Part shown: piece by piece, positions 12,004 through 25,250 of the stretch
How positions within the stretch are numbered: position 1 is the stretch's first letter
Layout of the letters: every line of letters starts with the position of its first letter
Assembly: GCA_951406725.2 (NCBI GenBank)
Contig: OX597825.1
Span: forward strand, 7,998,001 to 8,062,000
Direction of reading: 5' to 3'
DNA: 64,000 nucleotides
Source of the DNA: Octopus vulgaris
Lineage: Eukaryota
Notes under the pieces: generated by a model
What the model saw: only the letters and a program-made list of their open reading frames with translations
Told to the model about the DNA's origin: nothing
Database searches by the model: none
Position numbers and translations under genes: made by a program

Positions 12004-12592
12004 GGCGGCGAGCTGGCAGAATTGTTAGCACGCCGGGCGAAATTCTTAACAGTATTTCGTCTGCCGTTACGTTCTGAGTTCAAATTCGGCCGAGGTCGAC
12101 TTTGCCTTTCATCCTTTCGGGGTCGATTAAATAAGTACCAGTTACGCACTGGGGTCGATATAATAGACTCAATCCGTTTGTCCCCTCTGTGTTTAGCCCC
12201 TTGTGGGTAGTAAAGAAATAGGTATTTTGTCTGCCGTTACGTTCTGAGTTCAAATTCCGCCGAGGTCGACTTTGTCTTTCATCCTTTCGGGGTCGATGAA
12301 TTAAGTACCAGTTACGCACTGGGGTCGATATAATCAACTTAATCCCTTTGTCTGTCCTTGTTTGTCCCCTCTGTGTTTAGCCGTTTGTGGGTAGTAAAGA
12401 AATAGGTATTTCGTTTGCCGTTACATTTTGATTTCAAATTCCGGCGAGGTCGACTTTGCCTTTCATCCTTTCGGGGTGGATTAAATAAGTACCAGTTACG
12501 CACTGGGGTCGATATAATGGACTTAATCCGTTTGTCTGTCCTTGTATGTCCCCTCTGTGTAGCTCCACTTGGGCAGTAAAAAAAATAAGAAA
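12004..12592 (+). mobile_element. SINE family A trimer: one head plus three tandem bodies
   Basis: Body repeated three times, with junctions aagaaata-ggtattt at 12221 and 12405. Confidence 0.92.
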
Positions 12593-14062
12593 CTTATAGT
12601 TTTTAGTGTTCAAATTGAACCTCATTTAAAAGAAATTGTCAGAATTAAATATCACAAATGAATGCACAGAATTAGTGAAATAGTGGTGATATTTGAAGTA
12701 AACGAAACTAGATGACATTAATTTACAAGTGATATTTGTGCCGGATTTCAATGTTTAATAAGGAAAATAGTCAATAGCGACCAAGGAAACACAAAATGTT
12801 TCAAGCAAATTGAAGCAAAGCATAAATATGACAAAATATAAAGTGAAACATACCTCTACAAAATCAGAGAGGAAATGCAATTTAATACGAAACAAAATAA
12901 GCATACTTAACGCAGAGCATGAAAATTCTCAGGAAATCGATGGTCAGATAGGAAAGCACTTTAAACCAATATTCTAAATAGAAATGTAAATGTGGTTGTC
13001 ACATCTAGGTTAGCAATTAATTACATACAATTAACTAAGAAGTTCAAAGAGAGACAGAAGAGCGTTTTGTTTTGGTCAACAAGAACATTTCACACAACCG
13101 ACACACGTTCATGCACATATGCACAAACACAAACACACACAAAAACACGCATGTTTACACATTAAATATCATATCTGAGAAAGACAGGATTGGTTCAAGT
13201 CTATTACTTTGACAATTCGATGAGGCAGTTTAACACGCATCAAAAGACACATGAGTGCAATACTTAGCGCATGCACTAGCGTAAACGAGCCACTGACTAA
13301 CTTCAAGGGGCATCGAAGCACACAGCAGAAAATCGGTATCGAATTAATTCGAAGAAAAATAGGGAAAAACGAAATGAAATCTTGACCAGTGATATATTAA
13401 TCTATGAATATAAAGCATGAAGTATGATGAACAGCGATTCCCATTGGAACTGGAGCGCGCAAGATCTATATATCAGTGTATGTGGACAACTTACACATAA
13501 GATTGTCGGAAACCGAGTACATTGATGTACCTAGACTGATTGATCTCAGAGACTAAAACAAAAACACAAATAATATTGATTGGTCCACTTTAAATGGAAC
13601 GAAGACTATTTTTAGTTTGGTATGATTTGACATCAGAACGTTCAGAGTATTAGAACTAAAGATTATAAAACATTTCGATCGCGCCATCGTATTGAGTTAG
13701 AATTTTTAGATATATACAATCTGATATTGTCTATTGAAATTAGTGAACGGTAGTAAAAAGACAAATTAAAATAATTTTTTGGGGTGAAGGAAGAAAAAGA
13801 AGTTAGGTGTGGAGACGTTATTGCAGGTTGCATGTATTACAATTCACATGTTATTAAGGACACCGATAAGGTTGTGATGTTAACAGAATCACTATGAAGC
13901 CCACAGGAAATTTAATCAATTAAGGAACTGAGAAACAATTAGATGAGCTTGGCAATGATTAGAAGCCTTATGATCAAACAAGAGATATATCTGATAACTA
14001 GAGGCATGTGATAAATGGAAAGTTGGCCAGATGCGAGTAGAAGAATATAAAAGGAACTCGGA

Positions 14063-14480
14063 ACTCTTTTACTCTTTTACTTGTTTCAGTCATTTGACTG
14101 TGGCCATGCTGGAGCACCGCCTTTAGTCGAGCAAATCGACCCCGGGACTTATTCTTTGTAAGCCCAGTACTTCTTCTATCGATCTCTTTTGCCGAACCGC
14201 TAAGTGACGGGGACGTAAACACACCAGCATCGGTTGTCAAGCAATGCTAGGGGGACAAACACAGACACACAAACATATACACACACACTTATATATATAT
14301 ATATATACATATATACGACAGGCTTCTTTCAGTTTCCGTCTACCAAATCCACTCACAAGGCATTGGTCGGCCCGGGGCTATAGCAGAAGACTACTTGCCT
14401 GAGATGCCACGCAGTGGGTCTGAACCCGCAACCATGTGGTTGGTTAGCAAGCTACTTACCACACAGCCACTCCTGCGCCT
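14063..14480 (-). mobile_element. SINE family B, full copy (tRNA-like head, internal (TA)/(TG) tract, aaaagagt-repeat tail)
   Basis: Near-identical to 47828-48232; head ggcgcaggagtggctgtgtggtaag on the element strand. Confidence 0.92.
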
Positions 14481-16042
14481 ATTATTGTTCATAATATTTC
14501 ACAAACTCAAACTATTTGTAAAATTCAATGGAAATGATCAAGACGAGCAACTCATTACTAAGTTGCCATTTGAATACATCAAATTGAAAGATGCAGGAGA
14601 TAAGAAATAAGAGAAAAGACAAAACCATTACAGCAAAACGAAACAAAAGCATTTAATATACAAAATTCACAAAAAAAAGATTTAGGAAAACATGAATCAT
14701 TGAGGGGAAAAAAACGTTTGATAAATAGATAGAGAAATCCTATGTAGCTGGACATGACTGATAAATGTCTGCGTGTATTTCTGATAGGAATCTCAGTAAA
14801 AAAAAAATGCTTAGCCTTATATAATAGAAAGCGGGATGACGAAATGTAATATTCAGTATAGAAAACTGGAATTAAATATTTAGCAGAAATAGGAAGACTA
14901 ACGTAGAAGAGAACACACCATCAGGCTGACGATCGATAGAACCAAAAAAGAGTACATTCAACGAGCGAAGGGGAATGAATAAGAAAGATAATCAATGCGA
15001 TGTCAGTTGAGAAAGAAATATACTGTACGTCCACACTTCCATACAGTTGTGGATAATTCACAACTCACAACGGATACGCGCAAACACACAAGCACACACA
15101 TAAAAACAGTAAAAAGAGAAATACTAAATATAACACATTTGCAAGGGAAATAGAGACAAAATAACAGCTTAGTACAAATATTATTCAGTTCTCCTGATAT
15201 TCAGTACTACTATTATAATACATCCTAAAATAAGTAGTAGAACCAGCAGTTTTCAGGGATAAGTAATTCGGGTGGGTATTGAACCACAACATGGTTAATC
15301 ATCTTACTGTTATCGTATCGCAGCATATTTATAGGACAGCTATATTCCGTGGTTAATATATGAGAAAAATTAAAGACTATTCTAAGTCAAAAAGAACGGA
15401 GCGCAAATATACATACATTTTTCTATGGAATCGTTATTTTTATATAGAAATTTTACATAAAATCAGATGCATTTATCATAAAAGATTCCAAATTGCCCAG
15501 GTATGTATAGGAAAACATTATTTCACTAAAAAAAGAAAAGAAAAGATGCAACACAGTGATGTAGTTCCATAAATGCTACTTCAAACGTGAAAGCCGATAG
15601 AGTATGGAATAGCAAGAAGGTTTCTAAATGTAATGGACGCAATATCGAAAAAATATCACCATTGGAGATGTAGCATCTTCCCTTGTATATATTTGTATAT
15701 ATGTCGCTTGGAATTTACACTCCAAGAACTTTGCAGTTTTGGTTACACAAAACAAGGAGTTATGAGTCTATTATAAATACAAGCTATACCGTCGTACAGG
15801 ATTACCTAGAGGCAATAATAAAATTATACCTACAATATTTGTATTGAAAGAAATTCCTGGGCCAATTTTAGAACATCAAGAAATAAATTTACTTCTTTCT
15901 ACGTCAAGCGTAAGGCGCGTCACGAGATGACAACAGATAAGTATTTATATTAAAATTATATGAACAATGCAAAACTGCCAGAAATAACAGTTAAAGAAAA
16001 CAGTTGGAAGGGCATAAACCTAAAGTCTGATACACTGCCGTT

Positions 16043-16170
16043 AACAGGAGCCTCGTGGAGATTAGGTGTTTTTGCTCAATAAGCACTCACAATGCCCGAT
16101 CTGGGATTCGAAACCGCGTTCTTACGACTGCGAGACCACTGCCCTAACCACTGGGCCATTGCGCCTCCAC
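16043..16170 (-). mobile_element. SINE family C head fragment (tRNA-Arg-like)
   Basis: Reverse complement ggaggcgcaatggcccagtggttagggcagtggtctcgcagtcgtaag matches the head at 32094. Confidence 0.85.
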
Positions 16171-16961
16171 TTGTTGCTGCTGTTGATCCTGTTGGCAATA
16201 TTATTAGTACTATTAATTCTATTAAAATTGATATTATTATTACTAATTGTCCCTTAATATCGCCCCTGGACTATAGCCTTTCAGGCAAATACGAAACGCT
16301 AATTGTGACTAATATCATTATCATTGTTATTATTATTATTTTCATTATTATTACGCATTATTTTTAGTCTTATTACTTTTTGAAGATCTATTTCTGTATA
16401 TATTTATCCACTTAATTGGGTGGTCTTTCGAAAGACGAACGTATTTTTTAAGTTCTAATTTTATTTCATATTTGAATTCTTCATCAAATGATCAATATAA
16501 TCTATGCCAGGCCATCACCACCACCACCAACCACAACCACAACTATCATCATCACCACCACTAACACTATCGTCACCATTTTGAATTACATCTCCGTAGA
16601 TTGCGATATGTGTAAGTGGAACTGAATATGCAATTTTTAGCTGCCATTTTGCAAATGTAGGTAAACAGTTCTAATATAATTGGTGCGGTATGTTTTTTGC
16701 TAATTATTTCAACTTTTGTTCAGCTTCTTTCTTTGGTTACAGTAAAAGTAGAAATATAGAACAGTATTAACATATTGCCCCTGAGCACTGACTGCGACGG
16801 AAGTGGGTACTAGTACTTATTTTTCATATCTTCTAATGATATCCGAATAGAAGTCAACCTAGGACTTTTAACCCTATGTAGGTATGTCTTTTTTTCCTCG
16901 GTTTCGATAGGATCTTTGGGTAACTGTTAGTCATCATTGTTTTACTAATGTTTGAGCAACA

Positions 16962-17125
16962 CAAAAGATGATGACAGGTGTATAAACAACAGGCAGGTGT
17001 ATTAGTTTGACGCTCGAGAATGTGATAAAGTCTTTTACGCTACGTTTTGAGCCTGCACTTCAACAGAAGGAACACTTCAACAGAAAGGAACACGAGGAAA
17101 TAAAGAGAGAGAGAATAAAAAAACT
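16962..17125 (-). mobile_element. Decayed copy of the short PLE-terminus-like repeat at 51381-51582
   Basis: Shared caggtg..aaacaa..gtattagt..cgct..aagtctttta..gagcct..cttc.acagaaag layout. Confidence 0.6.
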
Positions 17126-17481
17126 ATATATACGTATCATCCTATGATCCAAATGATGCTTTAAATGTCCGACATTTTTAAGACTAATAAATCTCTACTC
17201 TGCAAAATATAGAGTAATTCATCAGATTAATGTGATGAAATTTTCTTTTTTTTATCATAACTGAATAGAAAACGTAATTTCTTATATATATATATATATA
17301 TATATCTTTTAGTGGATTTTAGCAACGAAAATATTTTGACAAATTAAACTTAAATGTTAAAGTGAATCGAACGGCTTTTGTGTGTTTCTTAAATGGCTTA
17401 TAAACACCTTCCACGCTGCAATTATTTTCGTTTCAGCACACGATCTCAGATCAAATTACTTGCTATGCGAGTACATCTCCG

Positions 17482-17484
<3 letters not shown>

Positions 17485-17519
<35 letters not shown>

Positions 17520-17559
17520 GTGTGTATGTGTGTATGTGTGTGTGTGTGTGTTTGCGTGT

Positions 17560-17607
<48 letters not shown>

Positions 17608-17610
17608 ATA
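17485..17610. repeat. (TA)n-(TG)n microsatellite
   Basis: Directly visible. Confidence 0.97.
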
Positions 17611-18099
17611 GTTAAATATAATGTTTCTTTCTTTCGAAATAATTTGTTTTACGCAATTGCTTGAATGTGAGAGGCTAGACATTATATAACTTGGTTTAAG
17701 AAGGCACAATATTTAGACAATCATGCTATAGTTATGATTTACGTCAACATAATAAATGGATAGAACACAATAAATACACCAAAACAATGAAATATCAACA
17801 TATTATTTAGAATGGAAATAAGAAATAAATGAGGTTAAAATATACATGAAAATTATAAATAAAAAGTGAAACATCTATTAAGAATCATATTAAATTTAAG
17901 ATTTAAAATGTTTAATTCAGAATTAGAAATTATAAGATGCATCGACGGCGGTGAGAGATCGTAATGATGGATTTAAAAGTCAATGAATTAATTAGGATAC
18001 ATTTGTTTTAAGAGTTTAAAAAAAAAATGTTTATAAAGGGTTATAGCACCATTTAAGATGTATTTCGCGGCCGTTTCTGGCGTCCATTTGTATACAAGT

Positions 18100-18830
18100 T
18101 ACGAATCCTTTAATTTCAAGCCGACAATGAACCCTTCATCAGGAAATAAAGAAGTAGATAGCAAGGTTCGAAGAAATACAAGAGAAAGGAAAATTTATGG
18201 TTACATTATGTTGGTCGTCGGCTGCTGTATCAGATACCGGGTGGGACAGGATAAAAGATTGAGTGGAGTTAATGTTGTTTTGTGCGAGCAAGAAAGTCAA
18301 TATGACGCACAAATAAGTAACCCGGGTTCGTAAACATAGTGTAAGTACAGAGATAAATTTACGCATACGAAAAGAGCGTTTTGTTTTCAAAGTTCATTAT
18401 GTTTTTTCGATCGAAAATGTAGGCATTTAATGGCTGTACATATCAAAATCCGTTGACATGACCTCATGCTTATGTGACAGTTGCGTCAATTGACGTTTTG
18501 ACTTCTTTGAACTTCGAATAATTCTTTGGGGAATGTTATGATTAAATACTGGCGTTCAAACTATAGGGTTCTTTGCGGTGTTGTGCTTTGACCCAGTATG
18601 GTGTCACTTCTTAACCAACATTTGCCTCGTTCTCTTACCCAGAAATTTGACTTCAAAAATCCCCCATGTTTGATAACAGAACTCATTCTCATATACGCTT
18701 CTAGAATCTCTGCTGTTTCTGCTATTGAGTACGTCGTCTTACAGAAAAAACGCAAGACATATTCGCTCAATGCAATCTTACAATCAACTAATGTCGTATT
18801 AATCCGGTGAGGATGATGTAACAAACAGCC
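18100..18830 (-). mobile_element. Possible decayed Penelope-like 3' end (GIY-YIG relic plus HHR-like motif)
   Basis: Minus-strand fragments LKSNF..., ILGQSTT (cf. YIGQT) and RMRKFISVL (cf. FIxKFxPxLN), followed downstream by CUGAUGA-A-gggtt/ggctt-GAAA at 18104-18147. Confidence 0.35.
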
Positions 18831-18983
18831 AACTAATGCGCCTTCTTATTCAGCAGATACAAGCGGTCGAAAAGCACAGAGAGAGTTGCTACAGAAAAGC
18901 TGAGTACGGTTTCGTGTTTGTAAATTTAGTTTTGTATTTGCTCTATACTACAAAAACCGGATCTACTTCTTTCCCCAATTTGA

Positions 18984-18985
<2 letters not shown>

Positions 18986-19053
<68 letters not shown>
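18986..19053. repeat. (CA)n microsatellite
   Basis: Directly visible. Confidence 0.98.
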
Positions 19054-19054
<1 letters not shown>

Positions 19055-20899
19055 TAGATGAAGCAATAGCGTGATTAGACGAGGAGTCATGGATGAATGA
19101 AAGAGATGAAGGTAGTTATCAACATGGAACGAAAGAGGAGTGTTTTAACAATTTTTCAAACAACGAAAGCCTTTCATAGTAGCAACGATAAGGAAAATGA
19201 TAACCAAAAAATATTACTAGCTCAGGATAGGGAACCTATATTCTGCAATAACTGCTAATCAATATTTTTGTTAATTTAGAAGCGTTACACAACTGAGCTA
19301 GCATAAAATATAATAGGAAGCGGAAACGGAAGACATAGTGAGTGATGGATATTAATTAACCTACATTTAACGATCTTTTACATTTGATTAATTGTTTAAA
19401 CCATTTCGACACATATAGGTGAAATCTTTGAAGAGGAATTTTGGGAAAGTTTGGAAATCAATGCATGAAATTATGTAGAATAATAGTTAAACGGCGAAAT
19501 GTAAATATATTCCCGTTATTTTTGAACATATTATTGGATAAAATTTAATATCAAAAAACATATAACTAAGTATTGACAACATCGATATATTAATTAAATG
19601 AGATTATTTGATGCAATATTTCTTTTTATGTGAACCACACATATATCTATATATACTTACATTAAACACTATGGCATGTAATATATTACTAATAGATTAA
19701 ATATGCTTAACTATGGCTAAATTTGTTTTAAAATTGGTTTTTAATTCATTACATCTCGTGAACGCTTAAATATTTACATGGATGTGCAAATAAAAATATG
19801 AAAAATACAAATCGAAAAATCTACAGTTATGCTCGACATGGAAAATCACCTTCAGGTAACACAATAAATTACCTACTATTTATGGAATATTTCATTTCTA
19901 TGTCTATTTACAGGAACTTTTCAGCCCCCAAATCTAAAGTTTAATTTACTAACAGAATCTGACACAGCAGGCTGGATTTACTAAATTCAATTTACCCACA
20001 CGCGTACACACATGCACACACATATCCATATACCTATATAATACTTATACAGATATAACACTTATATAGATGTATGTTTATTTAATATATATGTGTACAT
20101 ATATGCGCTTATGTATTATGTAATTAAATGTGACACGTGCTAGACAAGTAGAATTGCATTCCTGGGGAAATTCATCAGAGATTTGAGTATCCGCAAGGGT
20201 TACTCTTTTAAGCCTTTGTCACTGCACATTTGGTATTGCATAAGACATTTGGTCAGAGGTTGGTAAAGGAATTGATAACGTAGTCATCTATTTTCTACAT
20301 AATTTCAAGTTTTTATAACTAATTTTATATCACATATTTATCTAACTTCTATCCTGCATTCTACTTTGCCCACTTACTTATGTTTTCATGCATCATTCGT
20401 TCAATATTTACCAATCTTCTTTCCAGAATGGATTTCTGTGGAAAGACAGTCATTTATATTGGTCATTGTTTGCTATACCAGCTTCAAAACATTGCATTCC
20501 ATTTTCTGCGACTGGAGAACAACTGATATAGAAATAGCGAGCATTTTGAAGCATTGATGGTCAGTATTAGTATTCAAGTTCTTACTCGAATACTTATCCA
20601 TTTAAGCAGATATTCCGAAAGAAAACTTCCAGTTTCTCTTATTTACGAATGTTGGCACTCTTTACTTTGCAGAAAAGTCTGGCTCATGAAACTATAACAA
20701 TTTTAAAATTAAATTATATGCGTTAAAATGGAATTCCAATTGTAAGCCTGAAATATGTTGTAATATTTTCTCGATATTGTTTGGCAGAAAGTAAAAATAT
20801 CCTTTTTTTGGTTTCAGAAGATATCAGTTCGTTCAATTATCAGAAATTATTATTAATATTATTTCCATTTACAATTTATTTGGAGCAAACTTTCAATAT

Positions 20900-21095
20900 T
20901 TCTGTCAAATTTTGGCCTAAAGCCAGCAGTTCAAAGAGAGGGGCAAATCGATTACATCGATAGTTATTTTATCGATCCTGAAAAGAAGGAAGGCACAGTC
21001 GACCTTGGCGGAATTTGAACTCTGAACATAAGAACGGACGAGGTGGTGTGAAGCAATTTGCCCGGCATGCAAATGATTGTACCAACTTACCACCT
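20900..21095 (-). mobile_element. SINE family A, diverged copy with tail type 2
   Basis: gtcgaccttggcggaatttgaactctgaac motif. Confidence 0.7.
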
Positions 21096-22199
21096 TACAC
21101 ACATTGAATACTAACAATTAGAATGCATCAAATATTAATCGGAAAGAGAGTTAACGGGTTAAACTTGGAATATAGTCAAAGGACACAATTTTTCACGAAA
21201 CCTTCATCATCCTCCATTTTGTCATGCTCACGACATAATCGGAACGTGAATATGCATACAAGTTACAATGTAAACACGATAGATTTAAAAACATCTTGTT
21301 TTAGTTTTTAAAAATTGAGGGATTTCAATTTTTCATTTCGTTTAATTTGCTTTCCCCGAACAATTATTCACAATCAATTTTTGCTGAGAAATAAGAAAAC
21401 ACAGCAAAATAATTTGATGCTTATAAGCAATTCCTGTTTAAGTAAGGAGGTTTCATGTTAAAAGCACTCAATGTTTTATGAAACACTCGAAACGAAATGC
21501 AACTCGGTTTTTATGTTCCGAAATTAAATATTTACAAGGCACACGTAGAAAGTTCTAAAAGATTGTAGAAAAAAATCCCCAAATCTCTTGTAAGGTTTAT
21601 TTAAACCAGTAATAACATTTAATGTGAGTTATGATTGAAATTTATAAGCATATTTTGTTTACATTCACAAAATCATTTTTAACGTTGATAAAATGACAGT
21701 AATACATCGTTAAAAAACCCAGTGCAGTTTTAATACTTTCATTCTTGAACGCATTTTCCTTTCTGATAAATGTAACCAAAGAATATACTTCAGTTTCACC
21801 ACCGACATCATACGAAAGATTATAGCTGTAAATTCACAGAAAATTACATGACATCACAGAAAATTACATGGCTTTCTAATTAGAGGGAAATATCTATAAA
21901 CTGTAATTAAAAATATTCTAGAAAGGGTTTTTTGTATTTTCATATTTGCAGTTGTGGATCTCCGAGATTCAAAAACACAGAGAAACCTCAACAAAATGAT
22001 TTTAAAATGAAAAGTTATAAGGTATAACTTCCTCGTATGAATGATTGCGTCTTAAAGTGTGAAACGATGGCACTTCTTTAGTTTCGGAAAAGGGTGGTGT
22101 GTGCCTGAGTTAGCAGTCTTTCTAAAAGTCCTCCTCCTTTCGCCCACCCCTATTTTTTCGTCTTCTGATTGTTAACTGATTTTGTTCAGCTTCTAACCC

Positions 22200-22420
22200 T
22201 GGTACTGTATCACAGTGTCAATTGTTCATTACCAGTGAGCTGGAGTAACACAACTTATTTATCAAACACCCTCCCAAATACTCAATCGATTCCAAACAGT
22301 TCTGTTTACTACAACTATTCAACCTCTATCGCATCCTCTCTTTGGTCAATATATTTTCCAAGCTCTCTACTTCCTGCAGTTAAACCCTCCAAAAATTATT
22401 AGTATTATTGACAACATCTT
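22200..22420 (-). mobile_element. R4/Dong-like non-LTR retrotransposon 3' end, very decayed
   Basis: Minus strand reads IIFGG...ELGKYI...VE*L**TELFG..VFGRVFDK*, cf. the RLE-LINE C-terminus PIIIGALG...LQKxALLGTARIxRxVL. Confidence 0.45.
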
Positions 22421-22469
22421 GTTTTCTACAACTACAACTGCTTAACATTCCAAGCTTATCTGTCTCATT

Positions 22470-22797
22470 CATCATCATTATTATTATTTCACTTTATCAT
22501 AGGATTTTATTGGGGCTCCTGGAGTTTTACCTGCGTAACGTGTTTGCTACCTGCAGCCTACGACACCGTGCTATCCTTTCTTTTCAGCTGTCTAATAGTT
22601 CCCTGATTATACTGGCCGTGCCAAGGCGGCAAACCTTTTGTAACAATTCTACTGCACAGTGTATTCCAACTTCCTTTGTATTCCTCTTGATGCCTTATGA
22701 TACTGTCCCCAAGGACCCAACAATAATTGGCACTTTCTTCATCTTCACTTTTAATAGCTGGGCTATTTCGTGCTTCAAAGGGTTTTATTTATTTATC
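22470..22797 (-). mobile_element. R4/Dong-like non-LTR retrotransposon 3' end
   Basis: PLKHEIAQLLKVKMKKVPIIVGSLGTVS*GIKRNTKEVGIHCAVELLQKVCRLGTASIIRELLDS*, then a short UTR ending in an AAT/GAT tract. Confidence 0.75.
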
Positions 22798-22800
22798 CTA

Positions 22801-23010
22801 AGGCCGCGAGGTGGCAGAAATGTTAGCACGCCGGGCGAAATGCTTAGCAATATTTCGTTTGCCGTTACGTTCTGAGTTCAAATTCCGCCGAGGTCGACTT
22901 TGCCTTTCATCCTTTCGGGGTCGATAAATTAAGGAACAATGAAAGACTGGGATCGATGTAATCGAGAAGTCCCAACAAACGTCAGGCCTTGTGCCTTTAG
23001 TGGAAAGATT
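22801..23010 (+). mobile_element. SINE family A, full copy with tail type 2
   Basis: Head and body match 12004; the tail caggccttgtgcctttagtggaaagatt differs from tail 1. Confidence 0.9.
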
Positions 23011-23011
23011 T

Positions 23012-23280
23012 ATCATTATCATTATTAAAGTCTTCACACAGTATCTAATATCGTGATGTTGTAGATTGAAGATAATGTGACTACGGGGGGGTTGGGGGTT
23101 GTGCTGTCTGTCAAGTCCCAACAAGAACCTCAAACAGACACTACTTTACACAATATACGGGCAGTTCCAATTAAAGCCAATTTTTTGCAACACACCAAGA
23201 TTGTAGTCTATGTCTAATGATTCCAGATGCTTCTTCAGATAAGGTACTATTGAATCTAACGCTCTAGTATTATTATGATA
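23012..23280 (-). mobile_element. R4/Dong-like non-LTR retrotransposon 3' end
   Basis: RALDSIVPYLKKHLESLDIDYNLGVLQK-(frameshift)-ALIGTARILCKVVSV*, then a UTR ending in an AAT/GAT tract. Confidence 0.7.
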
Positions 23281-24229
23281 ATATATCTGCTTCAAGAGCT
23301 GGAAGAGTCATTAGTGCGTCGAAATAAGTAGCTAAACGCATTTCTTCCGGCAATGTATACTCTAAAATTAGACTCCGCTCCTTTCAGGGTCGATAAATTA
23401 CATTTGTCCTCAATTAATGGGCTTGGTGATATCGGCCGACACCCTTCCCTTAAAACTGTTAGCTGAAATAGGCGGCCAATACGTATCTGTTTTCCTGGGA
23501 TCTGAAATTCTTTTCATATGGCTTCATGGAGTTGATTCTTATTTCAGATGTTCTTATACATCAGAATTATATTTTCTTTGACACACTGAAATCCTTAACC
23601 AGTCCTAACTCCTAAAATTACACAAATATTTACAGACATCTGCATAGCTCTCTCATGGTCCCTGATATCTTCTTACTTTCATATTGTTAATCTCCAAGTA
23701 TTTTTTGTCAATTTCCAAGAAATCGTTTTATGCCATTCTTCAAAAATGATTAAACTTCCACATCCAAAGTTTTATGGGACTGGCTTGCTCTCTTTCCACG
23801 CTATATGTCTAACTTACCTCCAGTATTTTCCCTGCTTTATTATCTTCCAAATTTACAGACAGAAAATTTATATATAAATATACACTGGCACATTATAACA
23901 GTATTAGTTGAATTAACCGTTGAATAGGCAAAGTTTTGTGATTGAGTTCAACATCCTTTTCATTGATTGTTATAAGACTCTAATCATTCCAATACTTCTG
24001 TTGGAAAGCAACAGTTGTCGTCAAAGAATAGTGATTATTTAACTTACGGGTTTAGTCTTTCGTTTCACAGCAGTCGATTAGATTTTGTTTCTTTTGTCCT
24101 ATGATGAGCAAATCATTGAGCAAGGTAAATAGAAATGTTTCACATATGAATTAATATTTATATTGTAAACATACTGAGGAGGTCGATGATGATTTGTCAT
24201 AATTGATGTCACTTAAGAGTTAACTAAAA

Positions 24230-25250
24230 AAAGTGGGAAACACAAATTGATTTCACTATTTCAGAAGAAAATTCTTACACAAAATCACGCTATGTGTACG
24301 GCATGCAACAATGCCTTATTCAATGTAAAAACTGCCAAGTTCCATAGTAAAAACGAAACGTTTCTTTACCTTTCATTGACGTTCTCTCAGATGTAATGCA
24401 TGAACCAAGTGAGATTATTATCAGGATAATTCCGTTCAGTAATCATACAATTACTCGTCATATAGCTGAAACGGTCATCGACATCAAACATAATTTCCTT
24501 GATATCTTTAAGAGCTCAGAATTTTCTAAACAAGTAAATGAGTCAACAGCTGAGGTCAATCAATGCTTAGTGATAGTTTTTATTCTGTTAGTTTCAATAA
24601 AATTCTTCAACCGTATTACCAAAGGTTGTTTATTGATCAGACTGATGCTTGACTCAAAAGATAATATTTTAGAAATATTGAAGCTATTTTAACGAGCATA
24701 ACATCTCATTAACCTTTATTGTTGCTTGCACATCTGAAGGAGGGCATGATGTGCTTGGTAGATACAGCTGTTTATCATTTCTCTTTATTCTGGAAATTTT
24801 GCACCCTTTTATAATTCCCTTCGTGTCCCTTCAACATTATGTAGTATCAAAATGTATTAGCAAATGCTTTAACGATGCATTACAGTAGGATATCCAGACG
24901 GTTAACAAATCAAAAATAGAATTCTTTGTCTGCTACTATTTTCCGTGAACTGTGCCCTGCTAATTAGGATATCTGTACATTATCTACCGCTAAAGTGCAT
25001 TGTTTGTGAAAAGGAAAATGTCGCTTTGTTTCATAACATACTCGAATATTTTTCAAAGCATTCTAATATCTGATTCGCCCATTGAAGCAAATCCTGTTAT
25101 CGTGTCTTTATTTCTGAATGATATAAACACAATTTCAATGATCTTAATAAGTTAATGCATGAATGCGCAAAACCCTCAAAAACTGCTAAGTGTCCATCAA
25201 TGTTTTATATGTTTAAATTGACATTATATGAGATAAGCATTTTCAGATCT
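24230..25250 (+). pseudogene. Decayed hAT (Buster/Charlie, ZBED5/SCAND3-like) transposase
   Basis: IPFSNHTITRHIAE...FSKQVNEST (cf. IPLSNxTxxRRIxE...FALQLDEST), VACTSEGG..VLGRY (cf. xxCTDGAxAMxG), IFRELC...KVHCL*KG (cf. LFxxLC...EVRWLSKG), with stops and frameshifts. Confidence 0.75.

Noticed and set aside
12004-12592. Regular repeats that might suggest a CRISPR array
   Set aside because: Units are ~180-bp SINE bodies without unique spacers; eukaryotic context and no cas genes
20150-20185. CUGAUGA followed by a small stem on the minus strand
   Set aside because: No GAAA box after the stem
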